Shown here: positions 1-7,212 of the stretch, piece by piece | Layout: the number at the start of each line of letters is the position of its first letter | How positions within the stretch are numbered: position 1 is the first letter of the stretch | From: a virus | Taxonomy: Duplodnaviria > Heunggongvirae > Uroviricota > Caudoviricetes | Reading direction: 5' to 3' (one strand) | Length of the DNA: 10,931 bases | Virus record (IMG/VR): IMGVR_UViG_2663763377_000009 | Translations under genes and position numbers: made by a program | The notes under the pieces: generated by a model | Seen by the model: only the letters and a program-made list of their open reading frames with translations | Database searches by the model: none | Told to the model about the DNA's origin: nothing

Positions 1-1143
1 CTATGCTGTTTTGATATCTACGATAATCCAGTCTTTACCACGATCATCATTGTATCGGTCGGTCATTTTTCTGGATTTATGGCCTAACAACTTTTGCGTA
101 TCCAGACCCTGTTCCCGATATAACCGTTCTGACAGAGATCGCTGCTCATGAAATGTGGGCGCAGTTCCTTGCTCCCATTTTATGCCACATTTTTCCCGGG
201 CCTTTTTAAAAGCCGTTGTCAGAGTATTTGCAGAAACCTGGTCTCCTCTGTTTGCTTGAGAGGTAGTGTGACGGTAATGGACCAGATATTTACTAACAAC
301 AGCATCCCTGCACTGAGATATAACTTCACGAAGGGTAATATTCAGAGCATCGCATTTCAGGTTAAGCGGAATAGCAAGTTTTGAACCGGTTTTTTCCTGA
401 GTAATGTGCAACATGTCGTCCCATATATCAGAGAATTTCAAATTGCAGATATCGCCTAAACGTTGTCCAGTAACAAGAGCAAGTAGCATGCCGCATTTTA
501 AATAGGGCTGCCGTCTGCTTACGCTGTCAAATATTGCCTGCCATTCGGGCAGTGATAATCTTTGGCGGTTTACTCGATTTCGCGGTTGTTTTGTTGCCTG
601 CGCTGGGTTAAATCCTGGCGGAACATGTCCTGCGTGTTGTGCTTCTTTGAAGACGTCGATTAACACCATTCTCACGACTTGCGCCATCCTGTTATGACCT
701 TCAGCCTTTACAGCATCAATTATTTCGGCAATATCAAGTGCGGTAATATCCTTGAGGTGTTGTATTCCACAATGCTCACGGAAAAGACGAATGGGTTTGC
801 CTTTTTGCCGATAGGAGTTGGGTCTTAGTTCATTATGTTGCAGCCTGTCCTCCTGGATAGAAATATATTTATCAAGCCATTCTGTCACCGTAATGTCTGA
901 GCGCCTGCCTTTCATTCTTTCCAGACGCTCATTGACGCTTAATATTTGTCGGGTACGTTGTTCAGCAATAATGGTATTTGCTTCAGTAGCAACTTGTTTT
1001 GCTTCATTCTCATCAGTTCCTAAGCTATGAAAACGACCGGATAGTGGATGTTTGTATTGCCAATATACCTTTCCGGTTCGCTTATCTAATTTGCAATATA
1101 AATTGGGTATAGAGATTTTGTGAGATCGGGGTCTAGCAGCCAT
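1..1143 (-). CDS. int: Phage integrase, tyrosine recombinase (380 aa); stop codon at 1-3, so attP/attL should lie just outside the window
   Basis: Uninterrupted 380-aa ORF; C-terminal region carries the tyrosine-recombinase catalytic pattern (LVTGQRLGD ... HEQRSLSERLY ... LGHKSRKMTDRYNDD, i.e. R, H-x-x-R, H, Y); sits next to an overlapping xis-like gene as in lambda. Confidence 0.9.
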   Translation of the reverse strand: MAARPRSHKISIPNLYCKLDKRTGKVYWQYKHPLSGRFHSLGTDENEAKQVATEANTIIAEQRTRQILSVNERLERMKGRRSDITVTEWLDKYISIQEDRLQHNELRPNSYRQKGKPIRLFREHCGIQHLKDITALDIAEIIDAVKAEGHNRMAQVVRMVLIDVFKEAQHAGHVPPGFNPAQATKQPRNRVNRQRLSLPEWQAIFDSVSRRQPYLKCGMLLALVTGQRLGDICNLKFSDIWDDMLHITQEKTGSKLAIPLNLKCDALNITLREVISQCRDAVVSKYLVHYRHTTSQANRGDQVSANTLTTAFKKAREKCGIKWEQGTAPTFHEQRSLSERLYREQGLDTQKLLGHKSRKMTDRYNDDRGKDWIIVDIKTA

Positions 1144-1369
1144 CAGCGATTATCCGTTGGAGTTTTGGGTTTGCGTTTATTGGGAGTTGCGGTTCTGCAA
1201 GCGTTCCTACAAAACGGGAATTTCGGTCAATCATCCAGTAGCGACCAACTTTTATAGCGGGTGGGGCCATCATTTTCCCTTGCGCGTATTTTTTCAGAAC
1301 TCGCTCACTTGGTGCTAAGTCCCCAAATTCTTCTTTAGCCCAGTCCTGTAAAGTGATTAGTCGAGACAT
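1133..1369 (-). CDS. xis: Excisionase-like small DNA-binding protein (78 aa), overlapping the int start by 11 nt
   Basis: Small basic ORF immediately upstream of int with overlap, as for lambda xis-int; strong Shine-Dalgarno (GAGGAGG) 4-5 nt before the ATG on the minus strand; sequence recalled as the excisionase family of enterobacterial prophages. Confidence 0.75.
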   Translation of the reverse strand: MSRLITLQDWAKEEFGDLAPSERVLKKYAQGKMMAPPAIKVGRYWMIDRNSRFVGTLAEPQLPINANPKLQRIIADGC

Positions 1370-1508
1370 TTGTCCTCCTCTTAGCTGCTGAGGGAGTTTG
1401 TGACCGATATATCTGACATGATATTAAGCTCATGGCAGGTACATCTCTTGACTGGTCATAGAGATAAATTTAATGCTGAGAAATGCAGTATTGAATTTAT
1501 CAATTTTT

Positions 1509-1748
1509 CTATTTCCTGCGCATGTCACGTAACTTCTTAATGTGTTCTGCCGTTTCGATCTCTTCTGCTATCCGATCTGCATCAGCTTTATTCACAGGTT
1601 CAAAGTCATGATTAAAGCGGAACATGCTGGCGATACATGTTCTGCCTTTTCGGATGTAGTGAACTTTGTTGTGGGTAGAACGCAGGATTTTGCAGGGAGT
1701 GCCGTGGTGGTCGACGTACCAGGTGTTAGGGTCAATCACTCTGAACAT
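1509..1748 (-). CDS. Hypothetical small phage protein (79 aa), possibly DUF4222-like
   Basis: ORF in the leftward early operon, co-oriented and overlapping the next gene by 17 nt; family assignment is from memory only. Confidence 0.55.
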   Translation of the reverse strand: MFRVIDPNTWYVDHHGTPCKILRSTHNKVHYIRKGRTCIASMFRFNHDFEPVNKADADRIAEEIETAEHIKKLRDMRRK

Positions 1749-2061
1749 TCTTGACCTTGTGTTGTGCGGATTGATATTCAGTGCTGATATTCACCTTTAT
1801 AGCGAACACCTTTACCGGTTTATCGCCAAAGTGCGGATGTGTGATTGTCTTCACTTCATATCCGTCATACGGAACATCAATTCTGCGACTGGAATCGTCG
1901 CGCTTCGGATATCCCTTTGTGATAATCAGGCGGTCATATTCCCGGAACATAATTCGCTTATTCCAGTAGTCATTACACAAGCGATACTCTTCCGTTTTCT
2001 CTCCGCGAATCATGGCATCGAAGTATTCACTTTTAACAGCAAGTTGCAGGTTAGCCATCAC
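1732..2061 (-). CDS. ASCH/DUF3850-like (PUA-fold) protein, 109 aa
   Basis: N-terminal motif EYFDAMIRGEKTEEYR ... REYD resembles the ASCH/DUF3850 signature; start overlaps the upstream gene stop as ATGA. Confidence 0.55.
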   Translation of the reverse strand: MMANLQLAVKSEYFDAMIRGEKTEEYRLCNDYWNKRIMFREYDRLIITKGYPKRDDSSRRIDVPYDGYEVKTITHPHFGDKPVKVFAIKVNISTEYQSAQHKVKNVQSD

Positions 2062-2279
2062 TTAATCCCCCTTTGTTTGCGGATAAGCTCCAGATCTTGC
2101 TGGCAACTGGCGCAAGTACGACAACCCTGAACGGCCAGGCGTCTTCGTTCATCTATCGGATCGCCACACTCACAACAATGAGTGGCAGATACAGCCAGGT
2201 AGTTCAGGCGGCGCATTTTTATTGCTGTGTTGCGCTGTAATTCTTCTATTTCTGATGCTGAATCAATGATGTCTGCCAT
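2058..2279 (-). CDS. TraR/DksA-family C4 zinc-finger protein (73 aa)
   Basis: Four cysteines arranged CxxC ... CxxC (CCECGDPIDERRRLAVQGCRTCASC) in a ~70-aa protein, typical of phage TraR/DksA-like proteins. Confidence 0.65.
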   Translation of the reverse strand: MADIIDSASEIEELQRNTAIKMRRLNYLAVSATHCCECGDPIDERRRLAVQGCRTCASCQQDLELIRKQRGIK

Positions 2280-2285
2280 CTTTCA

Positions 2286-2375
2286 TTAATCCCTGAACTG
2301 TTGGTTAATACGCTTGAGGGCGAATGCGAATAATAAAAAAGGAGCCTGTAGCTCCATGATGATTTTGTTTTTCAT
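2286..2375 (-). CDS. Candidate 29-aa hydrophobic peptide (MKNKIIMELQAPFLLFAFALKRINQQFRD), not in the ORF track
   Basis: Hand translation of the minus strand; fills the gap between two genes, its ATG lies 2 nt after the upstream stop (TGAACATG), and its stop is 6 nt before the TraR-like start; hydrophobic core APFLLFAFAL. Confidence 0.3.
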   Translation of the reverse strand: MKNKIIMELQAPFLLFAFALKRINQQFRD

Positions 2376-2377
2376 GT

Positions 2378-2593
2378 TCACCGTTCCTTAAAGACGCCGT
2401 TTAACATGCCGATCGCCAGGCTTAAATGAGTCGGTGTGAATCCCATCAGCGTTACCGTTTCGCGGTGCTTCTTCAGTACGCTACGGCAAATGTCATCGAC
2501 GTTTTTATCCGGAAACTGCTGTCTGGCTTTTTTGATTTCATAATTAGCCTGACGGGCAATACTGCGAAGGGCGTTTTCTTGCTGAGGTGTCAT
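2378..2593 (-). CDS. Hypothetical early protein (71 aa from MTPQQ...; alternative 93-aa form would start at 2659)
   Basis: ORF co-oriented in the operon; start chosen at the internal ATG because the longer frame overlaps a better-looking small ORF; no family recognised. Confidence 0.5.
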   Translation of the reverse strand: MTPQQENALRSIARQANYEIKKARQQFPDKNVDDICRSVLKKHRETVTLMGFTPTHLSLAIGMLNGVFKER

Positions 2594-2673
2594 TGAACAA
2601 GTCCCATGTCGGCAAGCATAAGCACACAGAATATGAAGCCCGCTGCCAGAAAAATGCATTCAGTGGTTGTCAT
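2590..2673 (-). CDS. Candidate 27-aa hydrophobic peptide (MTTTECIFLAAGFIFCVLMLADMGLVQ)
   Basis: Hand translation; its stop overlaps the downstream ATG as ATGA (translational coupling geometry); membrane-helix-like composition. Confidence 0.25.
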   Translation of the reverse strand: MTTTECIFLAAGFIFCVLMLADMGLVQ

Positions 2674-2756
2674 ACCTGGTCTCTCTCATCTGCTTCTGCT
2701 TTCGCCACCATCATTTCCAGCTTTTGTGAAAGGGATGTGGCTAACGTATGAAATTC

Positions 2757-2861
2757 TTAGTCTGTTTCTACTGGTATTGGCACAAACCTGACTCCAATTT
2801 GAGCGAGGCTATGTGCCATCTCGATACTCGTTCTTAACTCAACGGGAGATGCTTTGTGCAT
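2757..2861 (-). CDS. Candidate 34-aa ORF (MHKASPVELRTSIEMAHSLAQIGVRFVPIPVETD)
   Basis: Hand translation; GAGGGG 4 nt upstream of the ATG; lies in an otherwise unassigned ~340-bp stretch downstream of exo. Confidence 0.2.
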   Translation of the reverse strand: MHKASPVELRTSIEMAHSLAQIGVRFVPIPVETD

Positions 2862-3012
2862 ACAGCCCCTCGTTTATTATTTATCTCCTAAGCCAGCCGC
2901 TGGGCTTTCAGTGGATTTTGGATAACAGAAAGGACGGGAAATACCCAGTCTCGCTTTGTAACGGAGTAGATGAAAGTGATCGCGCCTACCCGGATATTAT
3001 CGTGAGGGTGCG

Positions 3013-3693
3013 TCATCGCCATTGCTCCCCAAATACAAAACCAATTTCAGCCAGTGCCTCGTCCATTTTTTCGATGAACTCCGGCACCATCTCGTCAAAA
3101 CTCGCCATGTACTTTTCATCCCGCTCAACCACGACATAATGCAGTCCTTCACGCTTCATACGCGGGTCATAGTTGGCAAAGTACCAGGCATCTTTTCGTG
3201 TTACCCACATGCTGTACTGCACCTGGGCCATGTAAGCCGACTTTATGGCCTCGAAACCACCGAGCCGGAACTTCATGAAATCCCGGGAGGTAAACGGGCA
3301 TTTCAGCTCAAGGCCATTGCCGTCACTGCATAAACCATCGGGAGAGCAGGCGGTGCGCATACTTTCGTCGCGATAGATGATCGGGGATTCAGTAACATTC
3401 ACGCCGGAAGTGAATTCAAACAGGGTTCTGGCGTCGTTCTCGTACTGTTTTCCCCAGGCCAGCGCCTTAGCATTAACTTCCGGAGCCACACCGGTGCAAA
3501 CCTCAGCCAGCAGGGTGTGGAGGTAGGACATTTTCATGTCAGGCCACTTCTTTCCGGAGCGGGGTTTTGCTATCACGTTGTGAACTTCTGAAGCGGTGAT
3601 GACGCCGAGCCGTAATTTGTGCCACGCATCATCCCCCTGTTCGACAGCTCTCACATCGATCCCGGTACGCTGCAGGATAATGTCCGGTGTCAT
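3013..3693 (-). CDS. exo: Lambda exonuclease (Red-alpha), 226 aa
   Basis: Translation [40 protein letters not shown]... matches my recollection of phage lambda Exo almost residue for residue; same length; directly downstream of bet with ATGA overlap. Confidence 0.95.
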   Translation of the reverse strand: MTPDIILQRTGIDVRAVEQGDDAWHKLRLGVITASEVHNVIAKPRSGKKWPDMKMSYLHTLLAEVCTGVAPEVNAKALAWGKQYENDARTLFEFTSGVNVTESPIIYRDESMRTACSPDGLCSDGNGLELKCPFTSRDFMKFRLGGFEAIKSAYMAQVQYSMWVTRKDAWYFANYDPRMKREGLHYVVVERDEKYMASFDEMVPEFIEKMDEALAEIGFVFGEQWR

Positions 3694-4475
3694 GCTGCCA
3701 CCTTCTGCTCTGCGGCTTTCTGTTTCAGGAATCCAAGAGCTTTTACTGCTTCGGCCTGTGTCAGTTCTGACGATGCACGAATGTCGCGGCGAAATATCTG
3801 GGAACAGAGTGGCAATAAGTCGTCATCCCATGTTTTATCCAGGGCGATCAGCAGAGTGTTAATCTCCTGCATGGTTTCATCGTTAACCGGAGTGATGTCG
3901 CGTTCCGGCTGGCGTTCTGCAGTGTATGCAGTATTTTCGACAATGCGCTCGGCTTCATCCTTGTCATAGATACCAGCAAATCCGAAGGCCAGACGGGCAC
4001 ACTGAATCATGGCTTTATGCCGTAACATTCGTTTGGGATGCGACTGCCACGGCCCCGTGATTTCTCTGCCTTCGCGAGTTTTGAATGGTTCGCGGCGGCA
4101 TTCATCCATCCATTCGGTAACGCAGATCGGATGATTACGGTCCTTGCGGTAAATCCGGCATGTACAGGATTCATTGTCCTGTTCAAAGTCCATGCCGTCA
4201 AACTGCTGGTTTTCGTTGATGATGCGGGACCAGCCATCAACGCCCACCACCGGAACGATGCCGTTCTGCTTATCAGGGAAGGCGTAAATTTCTTTCGTCC
4301 ACGGATTAAGGCCGTATTGGTTGGCGACGATCAGCAATGCGATGAACTGCGCATCGCTGGCATCGCCTTTAAATGCTGTCTGGCGAAGAGTGGTGATCAG
4401 TTCCTGTGGGTCGACAGAATCCATGCCGACACGTTCAGCCAGCTTCCCTGCCAGCGTTGCGAGTGCTGTACTCAT
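3690..4475 (-). CDS. bet: Lambda Beta single-strand annealing protein (Red-beta), 261 aa
   Basis: Translation [37 protein letters not shown]... matches recalled lambda Bet; length 261 aa; gam-bet-exo order. Confidence 0.95.
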   Translation of the reverse strand: MSTALATLAGKLAERVGMDSVDPQELITTLRQTAFKGDASDAQFIALLIVANQYGLNPWTKEIYAFPDKQNGIVPVVGVDGWSRIINENQQFDGMDFEQDNESCTCRIYRKDRNHPICVTEWMDECRREPFKTREGREITGPWQSHPKRMLRHKAMIQCARLAFGFAGIYDKDEAERIVENTAYTAERQPERDITPVNDETMQEINTLLIALDKTWDDDLLPLCSQIFRRDIRASSELTQAEAVKALGFLKQKAAEQKVAA

Positions 4476-4480
4476 CCGTT

Positions 4481-4777
4481 TTATACCTCTGAATCAATAT
4501 CAACCTGATGGTGAGCAATGGTTTCAACCATGTACCGGATGTGTTCTGCCATGCGCTCCTGAAACTCAACATCGTCATCAAACGCACGGGTAATGGCTTT
4601 TTTGCTGGCCCCGTGGCGTTGCAAATGATCGATGCATAGCGATTCAAACAGGTGCTGGGGCAGGCCTTTTTCCATGTCGTCTGCCAGTTCTGCCTCTTTC
4701 TCTTCACGGGCGATCTGCTGGTAGTGACGCGCCCAGCTTTGAGCCTCAAGACGATCCTGAATGTAATAAGCGTTCAT
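4481..4777 (-). CDS. gam: Gam, RecBCD inhibitor (98 aa, corresponds to the short GamS form)
   Basis: Translation [44 protein letters not shown]... matches recalled lambda GamS; AGGAG 8 nt upstream; only 75 nt separate it from the upstream gene, so no long GamL form is possible here. Confidence 0.9.
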   Translation of the reverse strand: MNAYYIQDRLEAQSWARHYQQIAREEKEAELADDMEKGLPQHLFESLCIDHLQRHGASKKAITRAFDDDVEFQERMAEHIRYMVETIAHHQVDIDSEV

Positions 4778-4852
4778 GGCTGAACTCCTGAAAATGGCTG
4801 TGAAAATATCGCCCGCTAAATGCCAGGCTGATTAGGAAAACAGGAAAGGGGA

Positions 4853-5059
4853 TTAGTGATTCAGGCCGTTACCGCGTCCGTCGAGAAAAACTTCCACGAG
4901 CAAATCACGGGTATAAGTGCGCTCGATGCCGCGATGCAGATAAAGCCGTCCGCGTAAATTAGCTGATGCAGTCCAGGTACCATCTTTGTGTTTGACCAGC
5001 ATTCCTGGCATGACCGCACCTCGATTAACGGTCTGCGTTCCGTAATGTTGATGAACCAT
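4853..5059 (-). CDS. Hypothetical 68-aa protein at the position lambda uses for kil (MVHQHYGTQTVNRGAVMPGMLVKHKDGTW...)
   Basis: Start chosen at the internal ATG preceded by AGGAG plus 5 nt; the longer 136-aa frame in the track begins with TTG and has no ribosome-binding site. Function is by synteny only. Confidence 0.5.
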   Translation of the reverse strand: MVHQHYGTQTVNRGAVMPGMLVKHKDGTWTASANLRGRLYLHRGIERTYTRDLLVEVFLDGRGNGLNH

Positions 5060-5336
5060 AAAAACTCCTGCCCGTAAGCTGGGCTGCTGAACATATAGAG
5101 ACTTCTGCGCGTATTCAGGCGGTGGATGGCCGCCGGTTGTCATAACTAAGCCGCCTCGTTGAAGCGACTGAGGTATGAGGTGTTGAGTTGATTTCAGCTG
5201 GTCACACCGACGTTCACACGTCCGTTTCACCCCTCGCACTCCCCGGAGCCTGCTGAAATTCAAGCTGCGGATCTAAGCGGTCATCGCAACGGTGAATCAG
5301 GTGGTTGCCGTATCGTTGTGTTGTTGCGATGAACTC

Positions 5337-5365
5337 ATTTAAAACTATAGTTGTTTTACCGTCAA
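5337..5365 (-). promoter_or_regulatory. Putative pL promoter with embedded OL operator (-35 TTGACG, 17-nt spacer, -10 TTAAAT, read on the minus strand)
   Basis: Minus-strand segment gttgTTGACGgtaaaacaactatagttTTAAATgagttc is nearly colinear with the PR segment gttgTTGACTaaaaacaaccatagtttTAATCTtgattc; both carry GTTGTT/AACAAC dyads. Confidence 0.5.
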
Positions 5366-5500
5366 CAACAAAAGTTGTTTCATTGGTTGTTTTAGATATA
5401 ACTGGTTGTATTTAGGATGGATTTATTTTGTGACTTGCATCGCATAGCGATAACTGAAGCGGGGGGTATGGTGGTTTTTTGAACGGTGTGTGATGAGGGG

Positions 5501-5531
5501 AGGCAAAAGAAAACCCGGCACGACGGCCGGG
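5501..5531 (-). terminator. Rho-independent terminator ending the cI to cassette transcript (lambda t-imm equivalent)
   Basis: 6-bp GC stem CCCGGC/GCCGGG with a 6-nt loop, followed on the minus strand by TTTTCTTTTG, 9 nt after the stop of the 168-aa gene. Confidence 0.6.
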
Positions 5532-5539
5532 GAGGGGGG

Positions 5540-6046
5540 TCATTTTAATCTATCAAGGAGTGACTCTCTTTCCTTCTTCTCTGATTCTCTTCGGTTTAAT
5601 AACGCTTTAAACTCTTGAAGCTCAACCATTATTTTATGAACGAATACACTGGTATAGAGAGAAATAAAGAGTAATCCACCTGAAATTTTTAAGACCCTGA
5701 AGAGTAGGGCTTGATCATTTGTGCTTGCTATTAACCCCAAGATTACAAACAAAGTTGAAAATACATAGAAAGCTAATAATAAAACCAATTTCAGTCTCTT
5801 GGATTTGACTATTGGCACTAATCGCCTAACCTCACTAGGGGTTAAAGACGAGTGGTCATTGGCCTCATTTGCCTTAAAAATGGCTTGTATACAATATGAT
5901 AATGGCAATTGCATGAGTCCAACCACAGCCCACGGAGCAGTTAGGACAACACCCGGTGTAATATAGCCCAATGCTGACTTGAACAAAAAGTAACCAGCAA
6001 AATAGAAGACCAACATACCAATAAGGTGGATGATGTTCGATTTCAT
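5540..6046 (-). CDS. Small integral membrane protein, 168 aa, about four predicted transmembrane helices and a charged C-terminal tail; occupies the rexB position
   Basis: Hydrophobic stretches IIHLIGMLVFYFAGYFLF, GVVLTAPWAVVGLMQLPL, LKLVLLLAFYVFSTLFVILGLIAS, LLFISLYTSVFV; strong AAGGAGG 7 nt upstream of the ATG; AT-rich codon usage unlike flanking genes; no similarity to RexB that I can see. Confidence 0.75.
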   Translation of the reverse strand: MKSNIIHLIGMLVFYFAGYFLFKSALGYITPGVVLTAPWAVVGLMQLPLSYCIQAIFKANEANDHSSLTPSEVRRLVPIVKSKRLKLVLLLAFYVFSTLFVILGLIASTNDQALLFRVLKISGGLLFISLYTSVFVHKIMVELQEFKALLNRRESEKKERESLLDRLK

Positions 6047-6067
6047 TATCGCCCTCCTTTTGGTAGG

Positions 6068-7090
6068 TTATTTTGCAACCAATTCTCCGGCATCAAGTTT
6101 TGAGAACAGCCACTTATGCATTTTTAAGAATAAATCATTTTCATCAATAATGCCATTGTTATATTCAACGCTAATTTTTCCGGATAATTTTATCTCTTTT
6201 CCCGTTATTTCCCCACCGCCTTGAAGTTTGATGCTAATATCATCCTCATCTAGATGTCGTAGTGAGGTAGCAATACTGTCTATAACAGCTTGACCGCTAT
6301 CATTTGTTTTTCTGAAGTATGTAATCTCGAGGCTTACTTGTAAATTGGCCTCATCTAATGAATCTTTAATGTTTATATCATTTGCCCAGTTATCGCCAAA
6401 AAATGCTTTTAGTAGCGCACCTCCTTTCCCTATTGGGCGGTATTTTATTGTCTTCACCGAACCATTTGAAAAGGAGGGTGTTTGGTTCTCTGAATTTTTA
6501 ACTTCTGAAGTAATGGGTAATCCACCAATTTTTATGCTCTTGGCTGGTGCTTTCTCCATTTTTTTCATCGTTTCTTCGGATGGCTTATCTTGAAGCATTA
6601 ACACAGATTCTTTTTCATCTGTGAATGTATTAATTAGCCAATTCAAATGCGCCTCAAGCTCCCTTGCTCGAAGCGATGTGGATTGAACGATCATGACATG
6701 GTTGTTTAGTACACCAAAATATAAAATTGAATCTACAAACTCTCTTTTTTTGTCACTACGTTTATCTCCATCAATAATTATATCATTAGACGTGATGGAG
6801 TTAATGTCATAAAATTTAACATTATCACTAAGCTCTAATAGAGACTGGCTTTTGTCTTTTTCAAATAAAACCAGTTGCCCAAAAAGTATAGTTTTGTATG
6901 TGTCGCTTTTATTTAAGAAACGACACCCCGAATTTTCATCTGAAGGTGTTATTTTTTCTTGTCTACTAAGTACTTTTTCTGCAACGCCGCCCTCACCTAT
7001 AATACTAAGTAGTATGTTTTGTAATGATGATTTGCTGTGTGGGATTACTGCTTTTTTATAATGAACGACTTTTTGTCTGTTATCTTTCAT
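6068..7090 (-). CDS. Unknown soluble protein, 340 aa; occupies the rexA position downstream of the repressor
   Basis: Long uninterrupted ORF, Lys/Asp/Asn/Ile-rich, no catalytic motif recognised; separated by 21 nt from the downstream membrane protein gene, suggesting one operon. Confidence 0.75.
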   Translation of the reverse strand: MKDNRQKVVHYKKAVIPHSKSSLQNILLSIIGEGGVAEKVLSRQEKITPSDENSGCRFLNKSDTYKTILFGQLVLFEKDKSQSLLELSDNVKFYDINSITSNDIIIDGDKRSDKKREFVDSILYFGVLNNHVMIVQSTSLRARELEAHLNWLINTFTDEKESVLMLQDKPSEETMKKMEKAPAKSIKIGGLPITSEVKNSENQTPSFSNGSVKTIKYRPIGKGGALLKAFFGDNWANDINIKDSLDEANLQVSLEITYFRKTNDSGQAVIDSIATSLRHLDEDDISIKLQGGGEITGKEIKLSGKISVEYNNGIIDENDLFLKMHKWLFSKLDAGELVAK

Positions 7091-7147
7091 TGCTATAGTC
7101 CAACTAGTATTGAATAAATAAACACAGTAAAGACATAAAAATTTCTT

Positions 7148-7177
7148 ATAGCTACCGATAACGTAATCGGTAGCTAT
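7148..7177. promoter_or_regulatory. Perfect 12-bp inverted repeat ATAGCTACCGAT (loop aacgta) ATCGGTAGCTAT between the repressor gene and the cassette
   Basis: Read directly: 7148-7159 is the reverse complement of 7166-7177. On the minus-strand RNA the hairpin is followed by AAGAAATTTTTAT, so it may be a partial terminator or attenuator, or else a protein-binding palindrome. Confidence 0.4.
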
Positions 7178-7212
7178 TACAAATCAACCAAAGGTAATTC
7201 TTTACATACTAC

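Noticed and set aside
148-1030. Plus-strand ORFs 148-384 and 818-1030 inside the integrase gene
   Set aside because: Fully embedded antisense to a well-supported integrase ORF, with no RBS or recognisable product.
1440-1480. Plus-strand TTGACT-17-TAATGC promoter-like sequence in the xis upstream spacer
   Set aside because: Weak -10 and no plus-strand gene downstream; could be an antisense promoter, but support is too thin to call.
1542-2130. Plus-strand ORFs 1542-1754, 1666-2130 and 1781-1969
   Set aside because: Antisense to three tightly packed minus-strand genes; cysteine- and leucine-rich low-complexity translations typical of shadow frames.
2594-2659. 93-aa version of the 2378-2659 ORF starting at MHFSG
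   Set aside because: No Shine-Dalgarno, and the extension overlaps a candidate small ORF with better coupling geometry; kept as an alternative start.
2606-3139. Plus-strand ORFs 2606-2791 and 2813-3139
   Set aside because: Oriented against the leftward operon, no ribosome-binding sites, and the second runs antisense into the exo 3-prime end.
3022-4593. Plus-strand and alternative-frame ORFs inside exo and bet (3022-3333, 3596-3862, 3619-3969, 4007-4240, 4038-4508, 4321-4593)
   Set aside because: All overlap the near-lambda-identical exo/bet coding sequences; shadow frames.
4435-5094. Minus-strand alternative frames 4435-4749 and 4861-5094
   Set aside because: Out of frame with gam and with the 68-aa ORF respectively and lacking start-site signals.
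4853-5263. 136-aa ORF from the track (MNFSRLRGVRGVKR...), arginine-rich N-terminus, possible N antiterminator
   Set aside because: Its start codon is TTG with no ribosome-binding site, and the arginine-rich segment does not resemble known N arginine-rich motifs; the internal ATG at 5059 has AGGAG at ideal spacing, so only the 68-aa form is called.
6030-7061. Plus-strand ORFs 6030-6224, 6345-6593 and 6852-7061 inside the cassette
   Set aside because: Antisense to the two long minus-strand genes; the AT-rich sequence gives spurious open frames.
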